This document shows, in pieces, positions 10,899 through 24,605 of a stretch of DNA of 64,000 nucleotides. The stretch comes from Zootoca vivipara (Eukaryota). The position numbers and the translations under genes were made by a program. The first letter of the stretch is position 1; every line of letters starts with the position of its first letter. The DNA lies in assembly GCF_963506605.1 (NCBI RefSeq), contig NC_083290.1, positions 33,852,001 through 33,916,000 of the forward strand, read 5' to 3'. The notes under the pieces are model-generated. The model saw only the letters and a list, made by a program, of their open reading frames with translations. It did not search any database and was not told the DNA's origin.

Positions 10899-12289
10899 CA
10901 GAGCTGGCCCACCTATGAGGTGGGGTGAAGGAGCCACCTCAGGTGGGGGCCTTGCCCACCTCATTGCTTCCACTGCTGCTCCAGGTAAGTGAGGCTGTGG
11001 CGGTGGCAGAACAGCACAGTTTCGCTTATTTATTTTATTTCATTTTATTGAATTTATATACTGCCCTATACCTGAGGGTCTCAGGGCAGTTCAAAGAATA
11101 GAATCAAGATATAAAACCACAAAGTACATAATAAAAACCCAATAGCCCCCCCCAAAAAAACACATTTTAAAAGGGCATAGTATGTCAATCAGATCAACCA
11201 AAGGCCTGGTTGAAAAGGAACATTTTTGCCTGGCGCCTAAAGGTGTGTAATGAAGGCGCCAGGTGAACTTCCCTGGGGAGAGCATTCCACAGACGGGGAG
11301 CTACTGCAGAAAAGGCTCATTATTGTGTGGCCACCCTCCAGACCTCTTGTGGAGGAGGCACACAAAGAAGGGCCTCAGAAAATGATCTCACCCACTAGAT
11401 TATATGGAAAGAGGCGATACTGTGGCCCTGAGCAGTTTAAGGCTTTATAGGTCAAAACTAGAACTTTGATTGAGCCCGGAAACTAGCCAGTGCAGTCGGA
11501 CCAGGATCAGTGTAATATGCTCAAACTGTCTTGCTTCGGTGAGCAACCTGGTTGCTGAATTCTGCACTAGCTGAAGTTTCTGAACCTCCTTCAGAGGCAG
11601 CCCTACGTATAACACATTGCAGTAATGTAACCTTGAGGTTACCGGAGCATAGACAACAATAGCTAGTCTATCCCTGTCCAGATAGGGGTGTAGCTGGGCC
11701 ACCAGCCGAAGCTGATGGAAGCCACTCTGGGCCACTAGGGCCACCTGAGCCTTGAGCGACAGCAAAGGATCCAGGAGGACTCCCAAGCTACGAACCTGCT
11801 CCTTCAGAGGAAGTGCAACTCCACCAAGAGCAGGTGATCTCCCATCCATCTTGTCTAGGGAACCACCCACTAACACTGCCTCAGTCTTATCTGGATTGAG
11901 CTTCAGTTTGTTGGCTCTCATCCAGTCCATTATCAAGGCAAGACACTGGTCCAGCACTTCCACTGCCTCACTTGTAGATGTAAAGGAGAAATAGAGCTGA
12001 GTGTCATCAGCATACTGCTGACAATGTACTCTGAACCTCCAGAGAACCCCACCCAGTGGTTTCATGTTGGTCTCCACCCCACCTGGGCAAAGCCTTGCCA
12101 TTCGAATGCCCCCTCTGACTGAGAATCTCAGCAAGAGGGAGGCATTTCAGTGCACAGCTCAGCATCCCGGTGGGGTGGCGAGGCTTTGCAAGGGCTTTTC
12201 CTTGCGGGGAAGCTCTTGCAGAGTCTCATGTCCCCATCACAGGGGCAGCAGTGAGGCCTCAGGCACCAAAACATCTCGGGCTGCCCCTG
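10899..12289. mobile_element. hAT-like element interrupted by an L2 insertion
   Basis: Ends CAGAGCTG...CTGCCCCTG; perfect TSD TTGGTGAG (10891-10898/12290-12297). Confidence 0.65.
11027..12085 (-). mobile_element. 5'-truncated L2 LINE (RT C-terminus plus 3' tail)
   Basis: ORF 11445-12134 has QQYADDTQLY, WMRANKLKLNPDKTE, LGVLLD, KLQLVQN motifs typical of L2 RT; (AATAA)n tail. Confidence 0.9.
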
Positions 12290-13389
12290 TTGGTGAGCCT
12301 CATTCTGGGGAACTCTGCTCTCCAGCATAGCTGCAAGAAGGAATTGAGAAAAGTTTGCTTTTGGTTTAGATTAATTGCCGCTTGCCACATTGTCTGAACC
12401 TGGGCAAACCGTGCTTAATCTTAACTATGGCTCATGGAAATAAGTCCAGCTTCAGACTGATTTATGAAGCTGACTTCTTTTCACTAGTCCTACTTAATAT
12501 TAACCACGGTTTATGTTTTGTAAATAATCGTAAACCGTGGTTAATCTAAGATAAGAGAAGCTTCCAATCTTGTTCTCTTGGCTGTTATGGGGGAGAAGTG
12601 GAAAGGGGAGCATGTAGGTCCAAGACTTGCTCCAACTTTCCCCCATAACTTTAGCACATGCTTAGCCAAAGGTTTACATAAGAACCACCCACTGTGTTTA
12701 AGAAGGAGGTGTGGCTTAATTACCCAGTCTTCCAAATTAAGATTTGTGTAATCAGATTGTGGGTGAGCTTCAGGCTCCAAAAAGAAATTAAAACCCCAGT
12801 GTTCCACTAATGTGTGTTACATTTATGAAGCAAAAGAATATTTGCAAGAATCCCAGTAACCAGCGCCGACCACCACAAACTAGCCAGTGTTACCTAGTGG
12901 AATATGAATACCCTTAAACGGTCTCCCCTGTGTCAGCTCGCATGGGCTCATGAATATTATGGAGGGTGGGGAGGGGAAACAATGGACAAGGATTCTTTGA
13001 AAGAAAGTTTTTGGCAAAGCCTACAGGGAATCTTGCCAAACATTTCTGCCCTTAATCTATTTTGAACTGCCACCGTTGCCAGCTTTTGCAGTTTTTACTG
13101 CAAGTCTCAAAATGTTAGGGTTTTTTTTTTCACCCTTAATGTTCAGTGGGCTATGTTACTTCATGCAAGCTCAAATTTCATTTTCTCCAAAGTCATTTTC
13201 CAAGCCTCATAGCTATAAAGAAAAATCTTTCAACGTGAACCAAAAAATGTGATCTGAGAGGACCCCAGGGCTAAACAAACTGATTTTTTTTATTTTGTTT
13301 TTTTTATTTTTTATTTTGTACATATGCAGATATAGGAAAGACCATATGATATGTAACCCAATCTCATGAATATTTCTGGCATTGATTCA

Positions 13390-14440
13390 GTATTTGTTTT
13401 TTTAAAAAAATAACTATTGGATTTTATCAACAAGGATCATAGGAGTAATAAATGAGACAAATAATCAGATCAAGTCTTCTAATGTCATTTGTACATCACA
13501 AAAACAGCACAATAAATTTGCAGCAATATCTACGACATATGGTTCATTATTAGTGGTCAGTCTTCAAGTTCTTGGTTCATGAAGTATTTTAAATATAAGC
13601 AATAACAAAACAAAGGGGAAACAGGACAGAACATAGTTAACATTCAACATCACATAGCTAAAAAGCCTAATCAGGAGACATTGCACCGTAGTTGTGCTTA
13701 AATTAAATATGCGTAATAATATTTTTTTCCATTTATGTTACCAATGAAACAACATAAAGTATTGGTATATTGATGAACATGGGAGAGGGGATTCAAAGTG
13801 AAGATAATAATTTATGTTTAAATTTAAATTTAATAAAGCTAATTCTGGTTTGACTTCAAATTGTTGTTTTGTTATTTTATTAATTTTCTGGAATATCAAA
13901 TTCTAGAAAGGCTGGATTTTTTGTGCCTTCCCACCACATGTGGAGATATGTACTGAGTGTGGGGCAGCCCCTCCGGCAACGTGGTGTGGCACCAGGATTT
14001 ATCATTGCCAACTTCCTTGGGGGTTAGGTACCACTTATATATGAGTTTTAGGGTTAATTCTCTATTGCCCAGCAAAATAGACTCAAAGATTTTTTTGTCC
14101 AAAGTCTATTCCATTGACCTAGCTCAAGTTCATAGCCGAAACCACTTTCCCGCTGATGTTTAATAGGTTCAAGTGAATCCACCGAAGCACTGAGTATAAT
14201 TTAATAGATTGCAGATATATACCAAGGTATTATTACAAGCCTTTCAAATGGGGCTGGCTGGTGGTCTTGTGACTGCCTTACTGGGTAATTGGGTTTGCAA
14301 TAAAATAAAATAAATAAAGTGCAGATTTGGTGGAATAGCAGCCAAGGGGTTTGCAAGTTTCCTAGTTTAGTCTGTATTTCTTTGTATGATAGTGGTGTAT
14401 TTCTGTTATAAAAGTCACGTAATTGACACTGAAATCCCAT
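13390..14440 (-). mobile_element. Degraded L1/Tx1-type LINE ORF2 3' region
   Basis: KLIYKWYLTP and GTYLHMWW-like C-terminal zinc-knuckle region on minus strand; AT-rich; boundaries approximate. Confidence 0.65.
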
Positions 14441-15249
14441 GATCCCAAGCCAGAAGTTAACAATCTCCCTTGGCTTACACAAAAGGATCACAAGTCCAGC
14501 CATGTTTGTATTCTGCTTCTTCAGCCCTGCACAAAAAAATGGCGACCCTCTCTTTATTTGAGGAACCTAAACTGCTGAACTCTGTGACTAGCTAGCTCCC
14601 CAGAAATGCAGAAGGTACAAGACGTTAAGGGGGAAAGAGACCAGTCTGAGCTACACTGGCACCCACCTCTAGCCAGGGAAGCTGACACAGAAGTTTTTGC
14701 TTTTTGCTGTTCTGTCTTTTGCTGCCATTGTTGTTTCTGTTAAAGGGTTGTGACTTGTGTTGAGTTCTATCAGTTTCGTTTCCATTGGAAGCATTAGTTT
14801 TATTTCCAAGCATTTTTAATATGCTCCTTTATGACTTCTTGTTGTTCTGCAAATTCTTCTCTTAACATATTGTTACCCTTTTCTTTCTCCAGTGAGGGAG
14901 AGGCCTCTTTTGAGGTTAGTGCCATCTTGGCTGCAACCTGCATTGTTGCCCTTACTGAAGTGAGCCTTCTATCTCTGGGCAGGAAGAATTGAGCAACATC
15001 TTTTATTTTCAGCTCTTCTGAATCCCTATGTATCCCCCAGTCCTTTCTTCAAAGTTTGGGGTTTTTCAAGACAGCAGGGGCTTTTCTTTCAAGCTGTTTT
15101 TCTGGGCCTTGGAGCAGAGTTTAGAGTTTAAGTGGCATCTCCCTTCATTCATGGCCATGCCCCCACTTGAGTCAGTATTTGCGAATGCTAAGTTATTAGC
15201 GAGGTTGATCAGGGGGGAGGCCTTAGTGAAGGGGTAGGGCTTGTTTTGC

Positions 15250-15524
15250 AAGCTAATTCTGGTTTGACTTCAAACTGCTGTTTTGTAATTTAATTAATTT
15301 TGTACAAACTGCTGTTTTGTAATTTTATTAATTTTCTGGAATATCAAATTCCGGAAAGGTTGTATTTTTGTACCTTTCCACCACATGTGGAGATATGTAC
15401 CGAGTGTGGGGTAGCTCTTCCAGCAATGCGGTGAGGCACCAGGATTTATCATTGCCAACTTCCTAGGGGTTAGGTACCACTTATATATGAGTTTTAGGGT
15501 TAATTCTCTATTGCTCAGCAAAAT
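15250..15524 (-). mobile_element. Second copy of L1 ORF2 fragment (similar to 13836-14078)
   Basis: Closely similar to 13836-14078; ORF ...KWYLTPRKLAMINPGASPHCWKSYPTLGTYLHMWW. Confidence 0.8.
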
Positions 15525-16818
15525 TGGGGGAAAGGCCTTAGTGAAGGGGTAGGGCAGCTGTTTTGCAAGCAGAAGATCACAGGTTCAATCCCAGGCATCT
15601 CCAGATAGGGATGGAGGAAGACCATTTTCTGAAATCTTGGAGCTCAGTCGGTATGTGAAGAATACTGAGCTAAATGGACCAAAGATCTGACTTCCATTTC
15701 GTCCTTGCTGCAGCCACAAATCAGGAAACAGTTATTAAATGTGCTGTGCAGCCTGGTTTTATACACATTCATGAAGATTCCCACTGAGTTAAATGGGGCT
15801 TACTTCTCCCCCAGCACACACATGCACAGCTAAGTGTCAGGACTGAAGTTTAGTGTAATCAATCTGATGTCAGATCAGCATCTTAATCTTTCTGCCTTGT
15901 CCTTGGTGCAGGTAAACATCAGGCAATTAAGAAGAAAAAGACATCATGCCCTGCATCCAGCATTCCTTGTCCACTAGTGCAAATGTTCTTGCACTAGGGG
16001 ACGGGTGAGTTTTCATGTTGGTGGGTTTTGCTGGCTGCATCTCTTGTTCCTTATTAATTGTCTTAAGAAACTTTGCGTCGAGGGCAGCTCAATGCACTGC
16101 AAAATGCGATGCTGTGGAGCTGCTAGCCGGCAAGCCACCACCTTAATTTGCTCAGAGGCCCAAATTTGTATCTCTACATATAAATTAGTACACAAATTTT
16201 ATACAAATTTGTGGCATAGTCTAGTGCCCTAGATCTTTTAATAACCAAGCAATGCCCCTGGTTCTTAGGATTGTAACCTCAAATCCCTTTTAGCTGTTCA
16301 GCACTAACCAAGGACAGATTGTCAAGAACGCATGCCATAAGCTAATGGGAAAGGGTTGCAAACTGGCCAAACTGCCAATCCCTTTCCTAGAATGATGCCA
16401 CATTAAATTAAATCCCCTGGGCTCCTTCTACAACCTATTTTCATTGTGGATTTATAGCAGATGCACAAAAGAGGGAGAGATTTTGAAATTTTGTTTGAGG
16501 GTGGTTAATATCCGCAAGTGACCGTGCATCGCAAGCAATTTGGAAATGAATGTTGGGCCTGAGAACTTCCATTCTTCAGGAATGTGTTTTCTTCTCATGG
16601 TTCTGAGTGTCTTATTAGACTGGAAGGGTGATTCAGTAACATTAAATACTTGGTAGGTTCTGCTGGCTGGGAAAGTGTGTTTTCAGGAGTGGATCCAACT
16701 TTGCCGTGATGTGCCTTGAATCTGAACAGAGAGCTGTTCTCTCCCTTGTTCTGGACAAAGAGTGACTACCTTGTTTTTATCCATGCAGTTACTTGCAAAC
16801 CACAGCAAGCTTATGTTA

Positions 16819-17157
16819 AAAGGTAAAGGGACCCCTGACCATTAGGTCCAGTCGCAGACGACTCTGGGGTTGCACACTCATCTTGCTTTACTGGCCGAGG
16901 GAGCTGGCGTACAGCTTCCGGGTCATGGCCAGCATGACTAAGCCACTTCTGGCGAACCATTGCAGCACACGGAAACACCATATACTTTCCCGTCGGAGCG
17001 GTACCTATTTATCTACTTGCACTTTGACGTGCTTTCGAACTGCAGGAGCAGGAACCAAGCAACGGGAACTCACCCCGTTGCCGGGATTCGAATTGCTGAC
17101 CTTCTGATCAGCAAGCCCTAGGCTCTGCAGTTTAACCCACAGCGCCACCCGCGTCCC
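16819..17157 (-). mobile_element. Sauria SINE (POM-type)
   Basis: GGGACGCGGGTGGCGCTGTGG head, GGACCTAATGGTCAGGGGTCCCTTTACCTTT tail, 12-bp TSD AAGCTTATGTTA. Confidence 0.95.
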
Positions 17158-17486
17158 AAGCTTATGTTACAGGCTGCTTAAACTAGAGCTGTGTGCAAAT
17201 GGAGGATCTCAAGATCCTCCATCCTATTTTCATCTGAAAAAAGTGGGCTTCGGTCCATGAAAGTTAGGCCGTAATAAATTGGCTAGCCTTTGAGATGCAA
17301 TAGGACTCTTTGTTTAAGTTTTCAATTCCTATGAAACATCAAGCTGCATGAACTGAAACGAAAATAGCTTGACTAATTTTCTCTAGCCAGTGTAACTGAG
17401 CGGTGTTGGGATAGCACAGCACTCACTACTAAATAAAGTTTGGCGGATTCAACAGTGTTATGTGACAAGGGTTTCTGCATGAGCAG

Positions 17487-18505
17487 CAGAAGAGCCAATT
17501 CCAGGGGGGCATGGGTGCCTGAGCACCCACAATAATACAGTTGTGGGGGCTGGGCACCCACAAAGTTAACGAGGAAAGCCAGCAGGTGGCAGACAGTGCT
17601 GTCTCGGAGAAGCAGTTCAGCTCCACCCTCCACAGACATACAGACAGGCACCCTTTTCGGAGGGGTGTGTGTGTATGTATAGAGGAAACGCGGAAGACCA
17701 TTGTAATTTCGAGGAGTTAGGTGACATGTCTCTTTCCCTTTCACATCCCCGGTTTAAGGTTTGCTGATTTATGACAGTATAATTTGTTTTTCACACACCT
17801 GTGCCAGGAGTTTCTTGGGTCTCCTGTGTTCTAAGTGCTGATTGGCTAGTGGGGAGGATACCCAGTTGCAGTGGGTGGGGTTGGAGACTCTAAGCTGCTC
17901 CGCATTAGTCTCACCCGGCATCCTGGGCTGACCATGAATGATGCCCGCTAACCAGGTGCACTCAATTGCATCAAAGTTGGCTATAAAAGCTGTAGATTGA
18001 AGGGGCTCAGTGTGCTTCTTCACAGATTGAGGTACCTGATGTTGTGAGACTGTTGGCCAGGGTCTCTCTCGCTACTCTACCTGGAAGTCTGAGCAGCTGA
18101 AGGGGAGATTGTGTGTAACTCCTGTCTGGTATGCTATAATTTGTGTTTTGTATGCCTGCTGTTATTTGTTGACCTTATGATAAAGCATTGCTTTTTCTTC
18201 ACCCTCCGGCGTGCTTATTGGCTCCAGATCCAGAAAGAACCCTGCCCTCGGCAGAACAGGGGGATGCTTGGACATGGAGGTAGAGTCTCTCTGCCTCTGA
18301 GTTCAAGTCCCTCCCTGCAGAAAAGGGTGCTTCACTGGCTATGGAGAGGAGGAAGAAGTGGTGTCGCCGCTGCAGCACAGACATGCCATGTTACATGCAC
18401 ACACCTGCACATAATGCATGTACATGCAGGCAAGCACTTGTGATGTCATGTTTCTGTGTTAGAGCAGTGGGCGCCCACAACTCTGAGGGTGAGGTGGCAC
18501 CCCTG
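17487..18505. mobile_element. hAT-like element with an LTR-like internal segment
   Basis: Right end GTGGCACCCCTG, decayed left end CAGAAGAGCCAA; perfect TSD ATGAGCAG (17479-17486/18506-18513); interior has TATAAAA near 17982. Confidence 0.6.
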
Positions 18506-20521
18506 ATGAGCAGCGGAACATTCTTCCCCTCTCTTCCCCGAACACCACACCAAAATCTGTCCCAGGGGTTTCCCAAACTCTTGGGAGCAGATTTGGGGAG
18601 GATATAGGTTGCATGTGGGAAGAGGGGTGGGTGGGTCCCATTGCAGAAATCCCTGCACTGGTGACCTGTGTTAGTTGAATACTGCCTACCGTAGGGCTTC
18701 CATTTGTATTGAGCCGAACTGGTCAAAACTTTGACCATGGTCAGTTGCGTCATTGGAACATATTGGCATGAGAGAGATGCAGTAACATTAATGTAAGCTT
18801 AGAGAACTGGCCTTTTTCATGGGGCTCATTTGACACATGGACTGTCATCTGACTTTGTTTGTTTCCCTGAGAATGGAATTATAAGTCGTGCTGTGAGTAA
18901 AATCAGCCCAAGCAACGTCCTTGGCAAAGAAGCCACTTGGCATTGATAGAGAAAAACCTTGCTTCCAGGGGAGATATAGGCATTTCAATTTCCAGTTTCT
19001 GGGTTTCTGTTTTGGCAGCGATCTCCAAACCACTTATTCTGGACCAGAGCCATAGAAGTCAGTGGGGCAGCCCCAGCATTGCGGGACTGTAGCTTTGAAT
19101 TCCTTGCAGTGCACTGAAGCGGAGAAATCTATCTCTGCGACCTCGGAGGCTGCTTTATACATACTTCAATCCTTCCCCACTGACGTGGAGCCTCGGTCTC
19201 CAGGGTGGGGTGTCAGTATAATGGATTAGTGGTGCCTGCTATCTTCTTCATCACCAGCATCATCGCCTATCTTCATATATAAATCAGCATTGCAGATCAT
19301 GGTCTTCGGTTATTCTGAGCAGTTTCTGTGGGAACCCATTTACACTAGTGTAATCCTTTTTAAGCCAGCGAAGCTTCACCAATGTGCGTGGCCATTGAAC
19401 CAGACTATGCTATTAAACCGTGCCAAAATTAGCCTTTATGTTTGGGGCTGGTGGGGTGTTGTGTTTTGAAGAAAGAGGCAGCTAGGTGGTATATTGGACC
19501 CTAGGCTCACAATAGTGTTATCTTGGCATTATCCTGCGGTCCTGGTGCCCTCCACAAAGAAACGAACGAAGGAGGTAGAGAAATGTTGGCTCAGCCTTCC
19601 CAAGGAGAGCAGGGAAAATAGCATCGCCTGTCAAATGGAAAGGGATGAAAACAGCAGGGAGAGGAATTACATCTCCAGGCTTTCAGAAGACGATTGCAAT
19701 CAAACGAAAGTGTGTAGCGTTTGACAGTTTCCCTTTTAAAATGGCTCAATTAAGGAAGAATCTGGAAAGATCTCTGGATGCCTCTCCTGCAATTAGAGAT
19801 GTTATTACACCCCCACCCCCCACTGAACATTAGGCTTGTCATCTTGAGTTCTGAAGGGCCAGCTGCAATGGAGGGAGTCCAAAGGATGCTTGACATGAGT
19901 GGGAGACGATAGGTGCTGAGATGAGGAGGTGATGTAGGGAGGGGTGCTTTGGGACAATAGGATGCATTGTTACTGGAGGAGTGTGTTTTCCATCTTCAGC
20001 AACCTTAAAAAAAATATTGGACATTCCCCTATGGCAAGGATGCACAACCTGCGGCTCTCCAGATGTTGTTGGACTCCAACCCCCATCAGCCCCCAGCCAA
20101 CATGGTCAATGGTCAGGGATGGTGGGAGCTGTAGTCCAGCCAAATATCTAGAGTGCCACAGGTTTCCTATCCATGCACTAGGGAATGCTCTAGCATGTGA
20201 CCATGTACCTTCCCAAACGATTATTTGTGGTAAGGTGCTAATTTCCAAGGAAGCTGCTTTTTACTAGGCCAGAATACTGGTCCATCTGTATATTCTGATT
20301 GACAGCCGCTCTCTAAGATCTCAAGGCAGAACTCTTTCCCATCATCTGCCTCCTGATCATTTTATTTGAAGTGTTAGGGACTGACCCGGGAGCCTTCTAC
20401 ATGCCAAGGGTGTACCCCACCACCGAATTGTGGTCCCTCCCACCAGTGATGTTCAGGCGTTATTAGGTGTTCTGTGGTTCGTATCTGAAGACAACAACAC
20501 CCCAAAGACAATTTCTAATTA

Positions 20522-20815
20522 CAGTGGTGCCTCGACTTACGAATTTAATCCATTCCAAAGGCACCTTCGTAGGTCGAAAAATTCATAAGTCGAAAAGCTC
20601 CATTGGAAACGCAATTTCCCATAGGAATGCATTGGAAACGGAAAAATTCATAAGTCGAAGCAACCCCTTCTAAAAATTTGTAAGTCAAAAAAACTATCTA
20701 AAACCGCCACAGTTTCCGTTCGGATGTCGATAAATTCGTAAGAATGCGGCCATTTGCCCCATTCGTAAGTCGAAAAATTCAGTTGTCGAGTCGTTCGTAA
20801 GTCAAGGTACCACTG
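20522..20815. mobile_element. Tc1/mariner (pogo-type) MITE
   Basis: TIR CAGTGGTGCCTCGAC...GTCAAGGTACCACTG, TA TSD, internal TTCGTAAGTCGAA repeats. Confidence 0.9.
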
Positions 20816-21130
20816 TAGTCTTCCATTACTGACCTTTCGTTGCTCAAAGAACCGTCAAATACAGTATATTCTAGGGTGAACTTCAGTTTGCAGACATAGC
20901 ACAGTTAACTTGCCTCCATGCTGCTGGTCCCATTGAAATGGAAGGAGAGATACTGATAGTGTAGGACATGTAACAACTGGTGGGGATATTTTTTATCAGG
21001 ACTATGGTGCATAGGACAGGCTTGTATCAAACCCCAGGTTCAGTTCCCAGCATCTTCAGGTAGAACTGGGAAATACTCTTCCCTGAAACCCTGGAGAGGC
21101 ACTGCCAGTCAATATGAGATGGACCCGGGT

Positions 21131-21266
21131 CAGCCTTTCTCAATCTTGGGCCCACAGATGTTTTTGGACTTCATCTCCCACCAGCCCTGGCCACTGGTAC
21201 TGCTAGCTACGGATGGTGGGAATTGTAGTCCAACAACATCTGGGGACCCAAGGTTGAGAAAGGCTG
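21131..21266. mobile_element. hAT-like MITE inserted in an old tRNA-derived SINE
   Basis: TIR CAGCCTTTCTCAA...TTGAGAAAGGCTG. Confidence 0.75.
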
Positions 21267-21659
21267 ACCTAGATGGACCAGTGGTGTGATTCAGTCTAAG
21301 GCAGCTTCCTATGTTCATATGGGTCAGGGAAGAGCTGTAGCTGAGTGGTAGAGCACATGTTTTGCATGCCAAAGGTCCCAGGTTCAGTCCCTAGCATCTC
21401 TAGGTATGGCTGGGAACTAGCTCCTGTGTGAAACCCTGGAGAATCACCACCAATCAGTGCTAGGCAAGATAGACCAATGGTATAAGTTGCTATAGGGCAG
21501 CTTCCTATGTTCCCCTACCCAAGTGCTGAGATGTTCAATCCAGTTGCCCTCACCATTGACTGCTTTTTTAAAAATAAAATAAAATAAACAAGCTACAAAT
21601 GGTGGGATATCCTATTTGTTCAATTTAGCCCTTTGGAGGACACTATCCTGCATTGTGTT

Positions 21660-22090
21660 TAGGGATTTGGGAGTAATTTGATTCGGTTTGCATTCAGAAC
21701 CAAACCTACCCAATGTATACTTTCAAAAACAACACATGAACCAAAATTGAGGCAACCACCCTGTGAAATTTACACTTTTCCAAATTTTGCAATGCAGTTC
21801 TTCAGCCAACTAATGTACATAATTGCATATATTGGGGTAAAATGTGCGTTGAAATGCATATATTTGCGAAAACAGCATACAAAAGTGCATTACAGGAAAC
21901 TTGATTTGTAAAAATGTGTATATTGAGCAATATTGCGCACACAAATGTGCGTCTTATGAGAAATTCACACTAAAAGGCTGGTGAATTTTCAGGAGAACTT
22001 TAAAAGACTCCCAAACTCTTGTAGAAGTGTGATGAGCTGAATATTGGACAAATGAGAAAGTGTGAGAAAGCAAAGCTAATGGAAATGTCT
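21660..22090 (+). repeat. Old AT-rich interspersed repeat (related copies about 8130-8410, 23465-23820, 26985-27380)
   Basis: Shared AAATTTTGCAATGCAGTTC and AAAATGTG...ATATT motifs across four loci; boundaries approximate. Confidence 0.55.
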
Positions 22091-24605
22091 ATCCCTTGTT
22101 ATGTTATCCTTCAGCTGCTACATACAAAGTACTAGCAGGAACCAGTGGGGTGATAGGGACAAAGAGAATGGGAATGTGCCCCTCATTTTAGAATCTCTTT
22201 AGTCCACCTTTAGTCCCCCAACCTGCATGGAAGCCTATGTTTATGACAGCTTACAAGCCCATGGGGGCAAGGAACTAGTGGCCTTACAGATGACTACAAA
22301 TCCCATCATTCCTGACTCTTGGCCATCCTGGATGTGACTTGTGTGAGACCACAGGCTCCTCATCTCTGGCTTACCATTTCAGACAACGATTTGACCCCAA
22401 ACACTTTCAGTTCCTTCAAAACCCTCCAGTTACTATGGCTAGAGAACAATTCCCAAAAGTGGCCACGTGAATGGAACTTGGATCCTATGGCCCATGTTAG
22501 CAGGGCTTCAAACCGAGTTCTTGTTAATTAATTTCTATACCACTTATGTGACCAAAATGGCTTCTAAGTGGTTTACAAGTACAAAACCAATTATAAACTA
22601 TCTATGCATCATTGACACATCCACACCCACACACCCACACCAGTGAAACATCCTTAATTAAAATATACAATAAAACAAGCTTGTCAAAAAAGCATAAAAA
22701 TTGAAACATTTAAAAGAGCGATTAAAACAATTAGATCAGGAAGTTCAAGTTAAGGCTGGAGAAGGAGCTGAGCTGAAAAGTGCAGTACTGTATAGATTTC
22801 CAAGCATCCTAAATAAGCCAAATGGTGACATCATCCTGCAGCAAAAAAATATATTAAAAAACTTAATAGAAAGGGATATTAATTTACCTACATTTCTATA
22901 CAGAAAAGGAAGGAGAATGGAAACGAGAGAGTTCGAGTAGTGAAGCTATGAGATGGGATTATGATCTACTGAGCATAACTGTTTGGAGTCCCATAATTAG
23001 AATGTCAAAAATTGATGGCTAAGATTTACACAGGGCAGCGCAGGAGGGAAGAGGTAGCATTGCGATGTGCTATTTCAACAGAATGAGCTAAGGCAGCTAT
23101 ATACTTTCATTATGAAGATGGCGTAAAAGCATTGGACACATGGAACTCAGAACCAAGGAGGAAATTATAGATGGGATCAGCTCCAGCCCCTGCAGACTGA
23201 CGATGAATGATGAGGCTGAAATTTCCCTAGACGGCTAAGTGAGGAATTTAGAAATCACTCGGTGCTTGTTCTCACAAGTGTCTTTAATTGGCTTAAAATG
23301 AACCAAATATGCAGAATCAAAAGTGTTTGAAGCTGTGATAAAAAGGCAATGTTATGATTCAGAATATAGAACATCCACCTGGAGGAGAAATCACCCTGCA
23401 GTCTGAGGGCATTTACAAGTCTGGTGTGTTACGAATATCACTTTCTGCTGAGCTCCAAAAGTTAAAAGCAGGGCTGGATGAATCTGTCACCTTTGGCTTC
23501 TCTCACATTCTCTTTTTTCCCCATTTTAAGTTCAGTTTGCTTAAAAACAAAAACAAAAACCCGTGGATATCTGTTTGCATTTTTGTGGGCATTACTCCTA
23601 ATATATGCATTTTTGCACACAATCTCACCTAACATAATGCAATTTTGCATGCTGTTTTCTGTATCTGTTTTTGTGCGCACTTTTCCTTGATATGCATGCT
23701 TTCATGTGCCTATTTTGCTTGGAGATTTGCTCTGCAAAATTGGGAGAATTGCAAAATTTGAAGGATAGCTGTATTTTGGATCACACATGGTTTGGGCAGG
23801 GCAAATTGGATCGTTTTGCACTATTAACTACTAGTTAATAGATTCCTTGAGACAGAAATGGGGGTTGCAATATTCTGTTGGTGGAAAACAGCCTCCATGA
23901 ATAAAATAATAGGGGGGCTTGCACACCCAGCACAAATGCCACAAGATCACATTGCATGAAAGGCAGAAAGGCAGGTGCAGAGACTAGCTGAAGGCTACTG
24001 CACAAGACCAAACTGAGTAGATGGGGCCATACCTGCCACCTCTATGGAGCTGGGATACCTTGCCCCCCAATTCCTCTGGGGGCTCAACCCCCGCAGTATT
24101 TTCCCCACCCTGCCTGTCCCTTCTTTCCTTCCTTGCTTGATCCTTCCCTCCATGTGGCTTGGCACGGAGCAGCCAAGCAGGAGGACATGGGCAGGTGGGC
24201 AAGCCAGCAAAGAAGGCGCCTTCCCGTGGTGGGGGCACCAGCCTCTTTGGAGCCACCCCCCAAAAAATACCATGGTTGCAGCCAGAGCGAGAGCACCTGA
24301 CCAGCAGGCACTGGCAGCTGGCGTAGGAGAGGCAGGCGCCCGGCTGGCACCTGAGGGAAGGAAAGAGGAGAGGCAGGCAGAGCAAGCAGCCTGACCATGC
24401 TGTTGATACTGCCACCAACTGTCTGCCTGGGCACGCTCCGTCCTGAACCCCCGGCTCAGAAGGAGCTGCTGGGGCCACGTCATTGCCATGTTTAGCTCTG
24501 CCCAATGTCGTAACATCATCAGGGCATTGCACAGAGCTCTCCAATCACCTTAAGAAGATGGCAGCCATGGATGGGACAGAGTTTCATACTGTCATGTGGT
24601 GGAGA

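Noticed and set aside
17600-18280. Solo LTR as a separate feature
   Set aside because: TATA-like and poly-A-like words are present, but no TG...CA pair with a matching TSD could be fixed.
20522-20815. CRISPR-like spaced repeats (TTCGTAAGTCGAA), also at 43349-43586
   Set aside because: Short, irregular subterminal repeats inside TA-flanked TIRs in a vertebrate genome; no cas genes.
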